Source: Candidatus Chazhemtobacterium aquaticus
GTDB taxonomy: Bacteria; Patescibacteriota; Microgenomatia; UBA1400; Chazhemtobacteraceae
DNA length: 64,000 nt
Direction: 5' to 3'
Assembly: GCF_009936135.1 (NCBI RefSeq)
Contig: NZ_CP047901.1
Span: forward strand, 631,927-695,926
Below the pieces are notes generated by a model. The model did no database searches and was not told the DNA's origin. It saw only the letters and a list, made by a program, of their open reading frames with translations. Positions 27,749 to 37,758 of this stretch are shown here, in pieces. The translations under genes were made by a program, and so were the position numbers. Position 1 is the stretch's first letter, and every line of letters starts with the position of its first letter.

Positions 27749-28609
27749 CTATTCTCCAAATAAATTCTGGTTACCCAGTGGCACAGTCTCTCCATCTCCG
27801 GAAACTCCTGTATCTACCCCTCTATAACCACGTATTGTCTCAATTGTTTCTATTTCCTCATCCTTTAATGCCCTTAAAATCCCAGTAGGATTAGCCTTAG
27901 ACGTCATCGGCAAATAATAGTTTCTTATCTCCAGCCTCATCTCAAGTATTTCTCCCGATTCTTGCTTAACCTCCTCACCTCGTGCAATAACCACATTCTC
28001 CACCACCTTAAGCGGCAGTGATCGCCCGACTCTGTCCAAGAAATCCTGAATTGCTAAAGCACTTCCTGAAATCGTCACCTCCATCATAAACCCTTCTGCC
28101 TTTGCTTCACTTTTAGCTGGCATTCCACTACTAGGTAATGCCACTGCTGGTGTTGGTGCTGCCGTTAAACCTTGACTTGAAGGCTTGTCATTTTCATCTT
28201 CTTCAATCATTACTGGATCAACCCTATATCCAACTATCTCAATACGCGCATCATTAGCCAATGTTCTAAGCGATCTTAAAGCAGTTCCCACATCCTTATT
28301 AAGTGGAAAAGCCATACCTAAAACTGTCTCATAGCCAGTTCGTTCCACCTCAAACTGTTCAAGAATTGCTAGTTTATTACGCAAACCTCTAAGCTGCTCT
28401 TGTTGTTTACTTAAATTATTTCTCATCTTAACCACTTCATTCCACTTTGGAACCAAGAACATTAACCCAATAGCCACCATTACCCCCAATTCCAACACCA
28501 ATACCATAACCGACTTAAGCACCCTTTTATCAACATCAATACCCAGCTCCATCCCCAAAATCGTTGACTGCTGCTTCCCGTCCTTACTGCTTACCTTTGA
28601 CTCTCTCAT
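27749..28609 (-). CDS. pilO: Type IV pilus assembly protein PilO-like
   Basis: N-terminal transmembrane helix, a coiled coil, and a C-terminal beta domain, located downstream of pilM and pilN. Confidence 0.55.
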   Translation of the reverse strand: MRESKVSSKDGKQQSTILGMELGIDVDKRVLKSVMVLVLELGVMVAIGLMFLVPKWNEVVKMRNNLSKQQEQLRGLRNKLAILEQFEVERTGYETVLGMAFPLNKDVGTALRSLRTLANDARIEIVGYRVDPVMIEEDENDKPSSQGLTAAPTPAVALPSSGMPAKSEAKAEGFMMEVTISGSALAIQDFLDRVGRSLPLKVVENVVIARGEEVKQESGEILEMRLEIRNYYLPMTSKANPTGILRALKDEEIETIETIRGYRGVDTGVSGDGETVPLGNQNLFGE

Positions 28610-29154
28610 ATTGCCTCCCTCAAACCTAACTCAATTCTTAATATATACAAGCCCTGGTCATTTCTCCTAACCGAACTTAACGCCACTTCATCAAACCTAG
28701 CGCTATCTTGAACCGTTACGGTAGACAATACCGCCAAAGCCCTACTCATCGCCTGCACTCCATTTGTCATTACCTCAACTACCACCACATCTCCCTCAAA
28801 TCTAACCGCCTCAATCATCACCTCATCAGGTAACAAATCATAAACATCAAGCAGCACCCCCGCAAAATCCTTACGCAAACCCACTAATCGATCTGCCTCC
28901 TCCGCTACAGACAATAATCTCCTATACCACAACTCAGTCTCTGCCATTTGAGTAATCTGCCCACTTACCACCTCAATATCGCTACTAACCGAAGCCACCT
29001 GTCTATTAGTTAGGAAGAAGTATCCATAATCTGCTCCAACAATGATCACAAAAACTACTACAGCTAATACCGACGCTAACTTAAGCCGATCAATTAACTG
29101 ATTAGCCTTAGCAATCTTTAATACCTCTTTTGATGCTAAGTTAACACTAATCAT
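28606..29154 (-). CDS. pilN: Type IV pilus assembly protein PilN-like
   Basis: 182 aa, single transmembrane helix (LASVLAVVVFVIIVGADYGYFFL) plus a periplasmic-type domain, directly after pilM. Confidence 0.6.
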   Translation of the reverse strand: MISVNLASKEVLKIAKANQLIDRLKLASVLAVVVFVIIVGADYGYFFLTNRQVASVSSDIEVVSGQITQMAETELWYRRLLSVAEEADRLVGLRKDFAGVLLDVYDLLPDEVMIEAVRFEGDVVVVEVMTNGVQAMSRALAVLSTVTVQDSARFDEVALSSVRRNDQGLYILRIELGLREAI

Positions 29155-29159
29155 CTTGA

Positions 29160-30164
29160 CTATCCTCGAGCCGTTGCCCCAATTACCGGCGCATATACTG
29201 CCCCTAATTTTGATTGATCACCTGTTACCTCTAAACCCTCAAATGGGTTACCAATAGCTACCTCAACACCCAACTGGGCCGTCATCCACTGAACCAATCC
29301 GGGAGTCAATGCCACACCTCCAGCAATAATAACCCTAGCCATCTGCCCACCTGGAAAACTCTGAGTATAATAACTTACCGCTCGCTTCATCTCACCAATT
29401 ACACCATCAAGCACTGGCTTCATCGCCAAGAGTAACTTACCCTCCAAAACATTACTCTGTACTCCATACGTTCTCTTGTACTCCTCAGCCTGCTGCAGTG
29501 TTAACTGCAAACTTGCTGTGATCGACCTGGTCAAAGCTACTCCTCCCGAACCAAACTTATATACAAACAAAAGTTGATCGTTTTCAAAAACTCCAATTCC
29601 CATTCCAGTCGCTCCCATAATAGCTACCATGGTCGCCCCTGTTAGCTTTCTCTCCAATGCTATCGCCCGTGAGGTCGTCACTAGTTCCGGTTCAATCCGC
29701 TCCGGCTCCAAACCAATCTCTGCAAACACCTCCATTAAACCATTGACTAACTTTTTATCTGCGGCCGCTAAATAAACCCTCATTTTTTCTCCCCCCGTCC
29801 TCTTAACTGGCCGATCAACCACTTCCCAAGACAGCTCAACCTCATCAAGAGGTACTGGAATATACTGTTCTGCCTCCCACCTGATCGCACTCGACAACTC
29901 TGCGTCCGACAACACTGGTAAATTTATTACTCTCGAATAAACCACACTTTCTGGTACTACAATCCTAAAACGCCTCTCACTAATCTTATACTCAACCACC
30001 ATCCGTTTAATTACCTCAGCCAAAGCATCTCTCTCCTTCTCTGTCTCCACCATTACCTTACCCACCGGGTTGCTAATCATTCCCAGAACCTCAACTTTTT
30101 TCCCGTTAACCTTAGCTAACTTAATACTAGAACTCCCTAGATCAATTCCCAAACGAGCAGGCAT
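29160..30164 (-). CDS. pilM: Type IV pilus assembly ATPase-like protein PilM (actin/HSP70 fold)
   Basis: 334 aa. The N-terminal GIDLGSSSIKLA phosphate-1 motif and overall layout are those of PilM. Confidence 0.75.
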   Translation of the reverse strand: MPARLGIDLGSSSIKLAKVNGKKVEVLGMISNPVGKVMVETEKERDALAEVIKRMVVEYKISERRFRIVVPESVVYSRVINLPVLSDAELSSAIRWEAEQYIPVPLDEVELSWEVVDRPVKRTGGEKMRVYLAAADKKLVNGLMEVFAEIGLEPERIEPELVTTSRAIALERKLTGATMVAIMGATGMGIGVFENDQLLFVYKFGSGGVALTRSITASLQLTLQQAEEYKRTYGVQSNVLEGKLLLAMKPVLDGVIGEMKRAVSYYTQSFPGGQMARVIIAGGVALTPGLVQWMTAQLGVEVAIGNPFEGLEVTGDQSKLGAVYAPVIGATARG

Positions 30165-30208
30165 ACCCTTATCATAACATCATCAGCATCTACAACACAC
30201 TAGAAATC

Positions 30209-31057
30209 TTAATCAGTCTGAGTTAACTGACCACCCGAATACAAGGCTGCATCAAACACAACTGGTAACACCGGTAACGTTCTTATCGCCTCAACTTTTC
30301 GAACCACACCATCCGCCGTTGACCCCGTAGAGACAATCCTATATGCCTGATCAGGTAACAGCGACCCAACAGGCAAGGGAGACACTCCAATTTTTCCTCG
30401 GTTATACAACATTCTCACTCTAACAATCACATCCTCAGCCACAATTGGTACATTAGCTCTAGCTCCAAAACTAACACCCATAAAACTTCCTGGATTCACC
30501 GTTGCTGTATCAAAATTGTTCGAAGCTCTCCTGGTTGCATCTGGATCGAAAGCATAATGCACTGTTCGATAATCACTATCAGAAAACTGCTGATATTTAA
30601 TTACCTCCACTGCTCCAGTAGGGGACTCATTCGACTCACCCCGGTCTGCCCAATATATATCCAAACTTGTAGGTGGACTTGCCGAACCTGTCACATTAAC
30701 CTCAACCACCTCTCCAGTTTCGATTGCTACATTTGTCACCTGACCATCCGCTCCCTCACTTTGGGCATCAGTTTCAAAACTTGCCTCATTCACCGTCCCC
30801 TCAAAAGATCCACCGATACTAATATTCCTCAATGCTTCCTCAATACCCGCCTCTGCAGCCTTCAAGGCCTGAGATGAACTCTGTTCAACTCCTGCCAATC
30901 TCAAATCAGAAACTGATCGACTTACTACTGACAACACAATCACCCCCATCACCACCAATACCAATACCACTATCAACGCCACCTGACCTTGCTGATCTCG
31001 CACACCATTCTTCATAAACCCATTCTGACCAATTCTTCTTTTAGAGTCAAACATCAA
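30209..31057 (-). CDS. PilX-like pilus assembly/minor pilin protein
   Basis: The N-terminus QQGQVALIVVLVLVVMGVIVL resembles the PilX_N hydrophobic segment, and the rest is a beta-rich body. It lies within the pilin block. Confidence 0.5.
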   Translation of the reverse strand: MMFDSKRRIGQNGFMKNGVRDQQGQVALIVVLVLVVMGVIVLSVVSRSVSDLRLAGVEQSSSQALKAAEAGIEEALRNISIGGSFEGTVNEASFETDAQSEGADGQVTNVAIETGEVVEVNVTGSASPPTSLDIYWADRGESNESPTGAVEVIKYQQFSDSDYRTVHYAFDPDATRRASNNFDTATVNPGSFMGVSFGARANVPIVAEDVIVRVRMLYNRGKIGVSPLPVGSLLPDQAYRIVSTGSTADGVVRKVEAIRTLPVLPVVFDAALYSGGQLTQTD

Positions 31058-31566
31058 TAGTTCCTCAAATTAATCACTGATTCATAACTAGCCTCCGTTT
31101 CAGCTCCTCCACCGGCATCTGTTCTTACTGCATTAAACCTAACCGTCACCTGATCCGGAATTCCCTGCGACCTGACACACTCAAAAACCAAGTCAGAGAT
31201 CACCACCGCCTCTCCACTTATAACCGCCCCATTAGATGCCAATTGGCCGTTATCCAATGAAAAAACAGTGGACCTGCCATCCCAACTCTCCACCGTCAAA
31301 CTATCGCTTGTAGCCGGACAATCTCCACCACCAACACTAACCGATTGTGCATTCCTAACAAATCTTTCTAAGATAGACAAACTCATCTGAGCATTCTGAT
31401 CTAGAGTCATAATCGTATCCGCCTTAGTTCCACCCCTAAATGACCTAAAAAACATCCCCATAATCGTCACAATAATCATCCCCAAAATCCCTACTGTCAC
31501 CATTAACTCCATTAACGTAAATCCTTTTATCTTATGACCATTTCTTTTCATCATCTTACCTCCCAC
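31054..31566 (-). CDS. Prepilin-type pseudopilin (minor pilin)
   Basis: Class III signal KG/FTLMELMV (G-F-T-L-x-E) followed by a hydrophobic helix. Confidence 0.7.
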   Translation of the reverse strand: MGGKMMKRNGHKIKGFTLMELMVTVGILGMIIVTIMGMFFRSFRGGTKADTIMTLDQNAQMSLSILERFVRNAQSVSVGGGDCPATSDSLTVESWDGRSTVFSLDNGQLASNGAVISGEAVVISDLVFECVRSQGIPDQVTVRFNAVRTDAGGGAETEASYESVINLRNY

Positions 31567-31964
31567 TTACTTAAATAAGTACTCCCCGACACCGCATAAT
31601 CATTTGCTCCATCTACCCATGTTACCTCAACCTCAATCTCAATCTGCTCCCCAGGAACAATCTCGGTATACGAGGTTGTCAAGCTGTACACCGGATTAGT
31701 TCCGACCTGTTCGGTCGGATCAGTCCGGTTTCCCAATCCAAAAAAACCGTCAGGATCAGTGTCGCGCTCTCTTCTTGCCTCTTCCAACCTATTTTCAATC
31801 AAGTGCCTTGCTTCCACCCTTTCCTTGGCTACTCTGGTTGTCTTGATTCCGATTGTTACTGCCATCACCATACTAGTTAACACTAAACCCATCACTCCAA
31901 TCGCTACCACAATCTCAACCAATGACTGCCCTTGTTTCTTGTTGTGATTAATCATACTTTTCAT
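31551..31964 (-). CDS. Prepilin-type pseudopilin (PilV-like)
   Basis: KKQG/QSLVEIVVAIGVMGLVL prepilin-like N-terminus. Confidence 0.6.
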   Translation of the reverse strand: MKSMINHNKKQGQSLVEIVVAIGVMGLVLTSMVMAVTIGIKTTRVAKERVEARHLIENRLEEARRERDTDPDGFFGLGNRTDPTEQVGTNPVYSLTTSYTEIVPGEQIEIEVEVTWVDGANDYAVSGSTYLSKWEVR

Positions 31965-31965
31965 A

Positions 31966-32454
31966 TCAACAACCTCCGGGTAACTCGTCGCTCACCTCAA
32001 TCGAGCCAGCACTCCCAACCTCAACTTGATAATGATAGTTTATCTCAGGCACACATACCGTAATTGTCGCCGCCGTTGCTCCACCTTTTACCGAACCAAA
32101 AACAATCGTCCCTAAAGTACTACTTAACGTCACATCATTCATCTCAACCCTGGTTTCTGGAGGAACTGCCCCCAAACAAACAGCCGACATCACCACCGCA
32201 TCACTCTCAACAACTACCTGATAACCACTTAATGGAAAACTACCGCACTCAACCGGCCTCTCACCCGCCAACGCCTTTCTTTGTGCCTCACGTAATGTCT
32301 GCTCAACTACCTTCATATCCGCAATTCCCACTCGCTTATCTCTAAAATCTAAAAAAACCGCCATCCCCATACCCGACAACAAAGCAATTATCCCCACCGC
32401 CACAACCAACTCCACCATTGTAAAACCAGCTATACCAACTCTTCGACCTATCAT
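31966..32454 (-). CDS. Prepilin-type pseudopilin
   Basis: AG/FTMVELVVAVGIIALL prepilin motif. Confidence 0.7.
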   Translation of the reverse strand: MIGRRVGIAGFTMVELVVAVGIIALLSGMGMAVFLDFRDKRVGIADMKVVEQTLREAQRKALAGERPVECGSFPLSGYQVVVESDAVVMSAVCLGAVPPETRVEMNDVTLSSTLGTIVFGSVKGGATAATITVCVPEINYHYQVEVGSAGSIEVSDELPGGC

Positions 32455-32834
32455 GGATTATTCAAGCAATATGGACTGGTCTCACCACTTCCCTCCATAG
32501 TTGTAGCACACAAGGTGTACTGGGTAGGGGACACGTATGTATAACTATATCCAAAACCCGTCTGACCATCCTTTGGATCAGTTGGCACCGGGTCAAGATA
32601 AGTTTGTCCATCACAAACAATTGCGGTACCCAAAGAAGCTGGATACGCCCCACTTTCAGCTCGACATATCTCCAAAGCTGCCCTTATCTGTTCCAAGTCA
32701 CCTTTACGTTTACTGTCTCTGGCATTTGCATTTGTTGATGAGAAACTAGCCATCGCAATGCCTGAGATAACTGCAATAATCGTAATAACCACCAACAACT
32801 CAACAAAAGTAAAACCTGCTTCCTTTATTCTCAT
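32451..32834 (-). CDS. Type IV pilin / GspG-like pseudopilin (paralog 1 of 5 in tandem)
   Basis: EAG/FTFVELLVVITIIAVISGIAMASF plus the conserved RDSKRKGDLEQIRAALE block. Confidence 0.8.
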   Translation of the reverse strand: MRIKEAGFTFVELLVVITIIAVISGIAMASFSSTNANARDSKRKGDLEQIRAALEICRAESGAYPASLGTAIVCDGQTYLDPVPTDPKDGQTGFGYSYTYVSPTQYTLCATTMEGSGETSPYCLNNP

Positions 32835-33295
32835 TGTTTGTTTTGTACACAGAAATAATTCTTATCTCCCGTTCCAGTCCAGGTACAATCAGTTCCTGAT
32901 CGACCATATGCATTACCACCCCCAGCTGCCTCCATCTCCACACAAATACAGTACTCAGTTGCCGCACAGAATGCCCCTGATCCACCACTCCTCGTGTTAC
33001 CAGTCGGATCAGTGTACTCAAAACCCCACTTGGGATCAGTTGGTATCCCGGCTGATAAATAATCCTCATAACCAGTACAATCCGCCGCGCTCGGGTATGA
33101 ATACTTCGCTACCGCATTGTCTGCGTAATAGGCTTCCAAAGCATTAGCAATCGCCTCCAGATCTTGTCTTCGCCTCGAATCGCGACTCCGATTCTGTGCC
33201 GAACTATAAGAAACCGTTCCAATAGCCACCAAGATTCCAATAATACCAATCACAACCAACAGCTCAAGCAATGTAAAACCTTTTCTATCTTTCAT
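32831..33295 (-). CDS. Type IV pilin paralog 2
   Basis: KG/FTLLELLVVIGIIGILVAIG plus RDSRRRQDLEAIANALEAYY. Confidence 0.8.
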   Translation of the reverse strand: MKDRKGFTLLELLVVIGIIGILVAIGTVSYSSAQNRSRDSRRRQDLEAIANALEAYYADNAVAKYSYPSAADCTGYEDYLSAGIPTDPKWGFEYTDPTGNTRSGGSGAFCAATEYCICVEMEAAGGGNAYGRSGTDCTWTGTGDKNYFCVQNKQ

Positions 33296-33297
33296 AT

Positions 33298-33762
33298 TTA
33301 TGGCTCAGTTAAAGTATAACTATATCCATTAGTACACACCGAAGAGTTATTTGATCCACCTGGCTTATTCTTGTCAGCATCAGGATCAGCTGCGTTTTCA
33401 AGACAGGCAATCAAAAAATATTCCAATGGATCAACTGCTAAGTCGGCGTAATACCAATAATCTGGCCACTCATCAACCTGTCTATGTGTTGGGTCAATTG
33501 GAAACTCCTTCATGTACCCTCCGCTTACAATGACAGTTTGATAATCAATTCTTGATGGATACGTCTGAGGATTTTGATCATTCTTATACAACTCCAAGGC
33601 TTTCTGCACTTGATCCAAATCACCCTTTCTCTGAGCATCTCTTGCCCTCTCCCTGGCCCCTTGCAAGTTTACCGTCACCAAAGCCGTTAAAATGCCGATT
33701 ATCCCCACCACCACCAACAACTCAATCAACGTAAAACCTTTTTCGTTATTCTTGTTTAGCAT
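33298..33762 (-). CDS. Type IV pilin paralog 3
   Basis: KG/FTLIELLVVVGIIGILTAL plus RDAQRKGDLDQVQKALELY. Confidence 0.8.
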   Translation of the reverse strand: MLNKNNEKGFTLIELLVVVGIIGILTALVTVNLQGARERARDAQRKGDLDQVQKALELYKNDQNPQTYPSRIDYQTVIVSGGYMKEFPIDPTHRQVDEWPDYWYYADLAVDPLEYFLIACLENAADPDADKNKPGGSNNSSVCTNGYSYTLTEP

Positions 33763-34268
33763 GGCTCTGTACTTAATGGTGGTTCTAAATCAACATTAGC
33801 ACTACTCATACCATAAGTACACGCCTCACCAATAGCGGTACAGCTTTGCGTATACTCAACCCAGTTTGGATCTCGCTCATTCTCAAGCCGAGTATACAAC
33901 TGATAGCTTCTCTGATCAGTGCTGGTCAAGTATATATATGTCCAATCATTCTTTGGATCTACCGGCAACTGCTTCATGTATATCTTGTCAGTCGTCTCAA
34001 ACGCTTCACCCCACGCACAAGCATCATCGCCATCATTACATCCCCCCACCACACCACCGGTACATGCTCTTGGATACACTCCATAATCATTGTTATACGC
34101 CTCCAAAGCCCTGGCAATCTGCGACAAATCAGATTTTCTACCGGCATCTCTTGATTTCTCAAGACTAACTGCATAGGCAGCATAACCAACACTCGCCAAA
34201 ATACCCATAATCGCCATTGCTACCAAAATCTCCATTAACGTAAAACCCTTCACATCCTTAAACCTCAT
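33756..34268 (-). CDS. Type IV pilin paralog 4
   Basis: KG/FTLMEILVAMAIMGILASVG plus RDAGRKSDLSQIARALEAY. Confidence 0.8.
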   Translation of the reverse strand: MRFKDVKGFTLMEILVAMAIMGILASVGYAAYAVSLEKSRDAGRKSDLSQIARALEAYNNDYGVYPRACTGGVVGGCNDGDDACAWGEAFETTDKIYMKQLPVDPKNDWTYIYLTSTDQRSYQLYTRLENERDPNWVEYTQSCTAIGEACTYGMSSANVDLEPPLSTEPC

Positions 34269-34281
34269 ATCTTCAACTATA

Positions 34282-34872
34282 TTAGTTTATACAGCTTGGA
34301 TCAACTATACATCTATCCCCAGCCGCATTACATCGATAACCGGCTCCCGGACAACACGCACTACACTGCATCGGGAAACAATATTTAGTCAATGTTCCGC
34401 AAGTCGGATCAGCTCCGGTATCGATCACTACCTCGGCATCGCCATTGGTTACATAATAATTAAAACTCATGTCCCCCCCGGGACCACAACCATCACTGCA
34501 ACCGACTCGCTGAATAATCGGATCATTTGTCGCCTCAAGCCGCGCATAAATGTAAATCAAATTACACCCCAATTTTTCGTAAACGTAATAATGAACACTG
34601 TTATCTAAAGGATCACAGGGTACTCGGTCAAGATATGGCCTTAAAGACTCACTGCCACACTGCATTACATCCTCCTCAGGAAAACACAACGTATCATCGT
34701 AATAACCATACAAACCTCTCATCCACTCATTCATATCTGCCTTCCTCTGAGCATCTCTAGATTTCTTTAACTGATGGTCCCAAGCCGCGTATGACAAAAT
34801 GGCAAACATTGCCAGCAATGCTACTACTACCAACAGCTCAACCGTCGTTAAACCCTTCACTCCCTTCCTCAT
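34282..34872 (-). CDS. Type IV pilin paralog 5 with Cys-rich C-terminal domain (18 Cys)
   Basis: KG/LTTVELLVVVALLAMFAIL plus RDAQRKADMNEW, and a C-terminus full of Cys (CSACCPGAGYRCNAAGDRCIVDPSC). Confidence 0.7.
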   Translation of the reverse strand: MRKGVKGLTTVELLVVVALLAMFAILSYAAWDHQLKKSRDAQRKADMNEWMRGLYGYYDDTLCFPEEDVMQCGSESLRPYLDRVPCDPLDNSVHYYVYEKLGCNLIYIYARLEATNDPIIQRVGCSDGCGPGGDMSFNYYVTNGDAEVVIDTGADPTCGTLTKYCFPMQCSACCPGAGYRCNAAGDRCIVDPSCIN

Positions 34873-34929
34873 ACCTTAAGCGTATCACAAACATTACTAT
34901 CAACAGACTCTGATCAAAGACATTTTTCT

Positions 34930-35736
34930 TTATCGCAACAAGCCAAAGTACCACTCCCAGATTAACTCATGCCACAACAAGGCCATCACCGTCCCTAATA
35001 CCAAGAAGGGGCCAAAAGGTATAGTTTGACCAAATCTCTTTCTCCCCAAAGCCAGCAACACCACAGCCACTACAGCTCCGCTCATAAACGACAACATTGT
35101 CGCCACAATAGTCCCCCTCAATCCCAATAACAATCCCAAGCTTGGTGCCAGCTTCACATCACCTAAACCAAACCCCTTTCTCTTCGTCAATAAATATAAC
35201 CCATAGAAAAATAACGCCAAGCCAATTCCTGCGACCACCGCCATCCAAAAATCCTGCGGTCTCATAATACCCATCACTACCAATGCCACCCTATAACCTA
35301 AAACTAAGACCAATAACAACATATTCACCGCATTAGGAATCACTCCATACCATAGATCAAAGACTAAAACTAACAGAAGTAATACTCCTACCATTAGCCA
35401 AAAATATGGCTGGACGAGTTCTAGTGGAGTGTTAACGAGTAGGAAAAATCCTTTACCCATCACATACCACCAAACAAACAACAACGCAGTCAATCCCTCA
35501 ACCACGGGATACTGCCAAGATATTCTTTTCTTACAATGCGCACATTTACCCCGAAGAAATAAAAAAGAGAGTAGGGGAATGTTGTGCTTCCACGAAATCT
35601 GCTTTTTACAGTGAGGGCAAACTGATCTACCCTTCAAAGGCGACTCACCATAGATAGTTCGATATACCACCACATTAAGAAAACTTCCAATCACCAAACC
35701 AAATATAAAAAGCCAAAACACCCAGTACCAAAACAT
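34930..35736 (-). CDS. pilD: Prepilin peptidase (A24 family) PilD
   Basis: N-terminal zinc-binding CPHC...CAHC tetrad, polytopic membrane domain with the catalytic-Asp motif region (GLGDVKL). Confidence 0.85.
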   Translation of the reverse strand: MFWYWVFWLFIFGLVIGSFLNVVVYRTIYGESPLKGRSVCPHCKKQISWKHNIPLLSFLFLRGKCAHCKKRISWQYPVVEGLTALLFVWWYVMGKGFFLLVNTPLELVQPYFWLMVGVLLLLVLVFDLWYGVIPNAVNMLLLVLVLGYRVALVVMGIMRPQDFWMAVVAGIGLALFFYGLYLLTKRKGFGLGDVKLAPSLGLLLGLRGTIVATMLSFMSGAVVAVVLLALGRKRFGQTIPFGPFLVLGTVMALLWHELIWEWYFGLLR

Positions 35737-35866
35737 GCCCTCAACTATACAATCTCTCCATCAAACATTAAACCCCTAATCAAACACCAACCAAATAATG
35801 GATACCTTTAACTAAAATACCCACCGGAAGGTGGGTATTCCCAATTCAATTTAAAAACTTTTGGTA

Positions 35867-36430
35867 TTACTTAGCACACCAGTAACAAGCGGCAGTTCCT
35901 GGACCAATAGTTGCCTTGTTCTCAGTGGTGCAGGTCGTAGCAGATAAATCAGTCTGACCATCCTGACTGTATCGAGTACCTGCATCAGCAAACACGGACT
36001 TGCTAGTTGGCTCAAAACAGATCGACAGAGACACTGCGGAAGGCGAGTTTATATATATGTTACCAGCCGTGCCACTTCCCACTGCAGACATAAAGTCAGG
36101 CTTAAGCTCTCCATCAGTAATCAGCGGATCAATACACCCAGCTGTGTTTAAAGCACTCAAAGCCAGAGGCCCACCAGAGAAATCAGCCACACAAGCATCA
36201 TCATTCCAGGGCAAGTCACCATGAGTAGCGTAGTACCTGATAAATCCGTTGTGCAACTCAACTACTTGGTTACGAGTATTGCTGTCTCGACCTTTCTTAA
36301 GCTGTTCAAATGGGTCTACTGCCGCCAACAAACCAGCTGCCAAGATTCCCAAAACTCCGATAACAATAAGTAGCTCAATTAATGTAAAACCTTGGGGTTG
36401 GTTGTGTCTTATCATGATTTTCATTTTCAA
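35867..36430 (-). CDS. Type IV pilin (candidate major pilin, adjacent to pilC and pilD)
   Basis: QG/FTLIELLIVIGVLGILAAGLLAAV prepilin N-terminus; 187 aa with C-terminal Cys pairs. Confidence 0.75.
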   Translation of the reverse strand: MKMKIMIRHNQPQGFTLIELLIVIGVLGILAAGLLAAVDPFEQLKKGRDSNTRNQVVELHNGFIRYYATHGDLPWNDDACVADFSGGPLALSALNTAGCIDPLITDGELKPDFMSAVGSGTAGNIYINSPSAVSLSICFEPTSKSVFADAGTRYSQDGQTDLSATTCTTENKATIGPGTAACYWCAK

Positions 36431-36543
36431 ATAAATAATTATCCCTTGTCAAGTACCACTCTACCAATCCCTAAAAACAAATGCAACACAAGCTTTTTCC
36501 TGATAGTTTCAAGCCTGTGATTACTAATTTACTAATTAACACG

Positions 36544-37752
36544 CTAAAACTGACTAGTCAAATTATAAATTGGCATAATTACTGCCATCACCAAAAATCC
36601 TACTCCCACACCCATCACCGCCATAATCATCGGTTCTATGGCTGTAGTTAAGTTCTTCACTGCCTGTTCTGACTCACCCTCAAAATAATCTGCCAACTTA
36701 TCAAGAATCTCATCCATCTTTCCCGTTTGCTCACCCACCGCAATCATTTGAGGGACAATCGGCGGAAACTCACCCAGCTCTGCCAAAACCAGACCCAATG
36801 ACTGACCTTTCTCGACTTTTGAGGCCGCCATCATCATCTTCGCTCCAATTATCTTACTTCCCACTGCAGCTGAAGTAATCCTCAAAGCATCCAAAATAGA
36901 AATACCTGCACTAATCAACAAGCTCATTGTTCTGGCAAACTCTGTCATTACCATCTTCAATCTAAGCTCTCCTACCACCGGCATCTTCATTAAAGTCTCC
37001 TCAATCATCACACTCCCCACGTCAGTTCTCGACCACTTAAGAAACACATACCCAATCGCACCAAAAATTAACAACAACAAATACCAGAACTTAACCGCAA
37101 AATCACTCGCCCCAATCAATATCTGAGTAGGTAGAGGTAGTTCTGCCCCAAAATCCTTATACATCTCAGTCATCCTCGGCACCACAAAGATCATCATAAT
37201 TACCGCCACAATCACCATACCAATAATAATGATCATCGGATAAACCATGGCCCCTTTAGTCTTGCTTCTAAAATCTCTTTGCTTCTCCATTGTCTCAGCC
37301 AATCGCTTCAACACTTCATCAAGAACACCAGCCGCCTCACCTGCCTTTACCAAAGCGATGTATATATCATCAAACACTCCATCGCCAGACTCCTCCATAG
37401 CTATTGCCAAAGTTTTACCGCCCTCTACTTCCTCTAAAACTTTTGACACCACCCGACTCATCGCTGGGGGACTCTGTACTCGCAAGATAGACAATGACTC
37501 AGTTAGCGGCAAACCAGCCGACACCATCGTCGACAACTGGCGAGTAAAGTTAACCACATCATCCACCTTCACCCGCTCAAAGCGACGCATAATCTCCTTA
37601 ATCTCACTCTCTTTTTCTTCCTCTACCTTGATAATTAAATAACCTCTACCCCTAAGCAGTTTAGAAGCATGGTCCAAACTCGACGCCTCAAGTACTCCAT
37701 CCAATGTCTTACCTTCTTCATTCTTTACTCTATAACCAAACTGCTTAGCCAT
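36544..37752 (-). CDS. pilC: Type IV pilus platform protein PilC (GspF family)
   Basis: 402 aa with two GspF-type repeats and three transmembrane segments; typical PilC N-terminus and layout. Confidence 0.85.
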   Translation of the reverse strand: MAKQFGYRVKNEEGKTLDGVLEASSLDHASKLLRGRGYLIIKVEEEKESEIKEIMRRFERVKVDDVVNFTRQLSTMVSAGLPLTESLSILRVQSPPAMSRVVSKVLEEVEGGKTLAIAMEESGDGVFDDIYIALVKAGEAAGVLDEVLKRLAETMEKQRDFRSKTKGAMVYPMIIIIGMVIVAVIMMIFVVPRMTEMYKDFGAELPLPTQILIGASDFAVKFWYLLLLIFGAIGYVFLKWSRTDVGSVMIEETLMKMPVVGELRLKMVMTEFARTMSLLISAGISILDALRITSAAVGSKIIGAKMMMAASKVEKGQSLGLVLAELGEFPPIVPQMIAVGEQTGKMDEILDKLADYFEGESEQAVKNLTTAIEPMIMAVMGVGVGFLVMAVIMPIYNLTSQF

Positions 37753-37758
37753 ATATCT

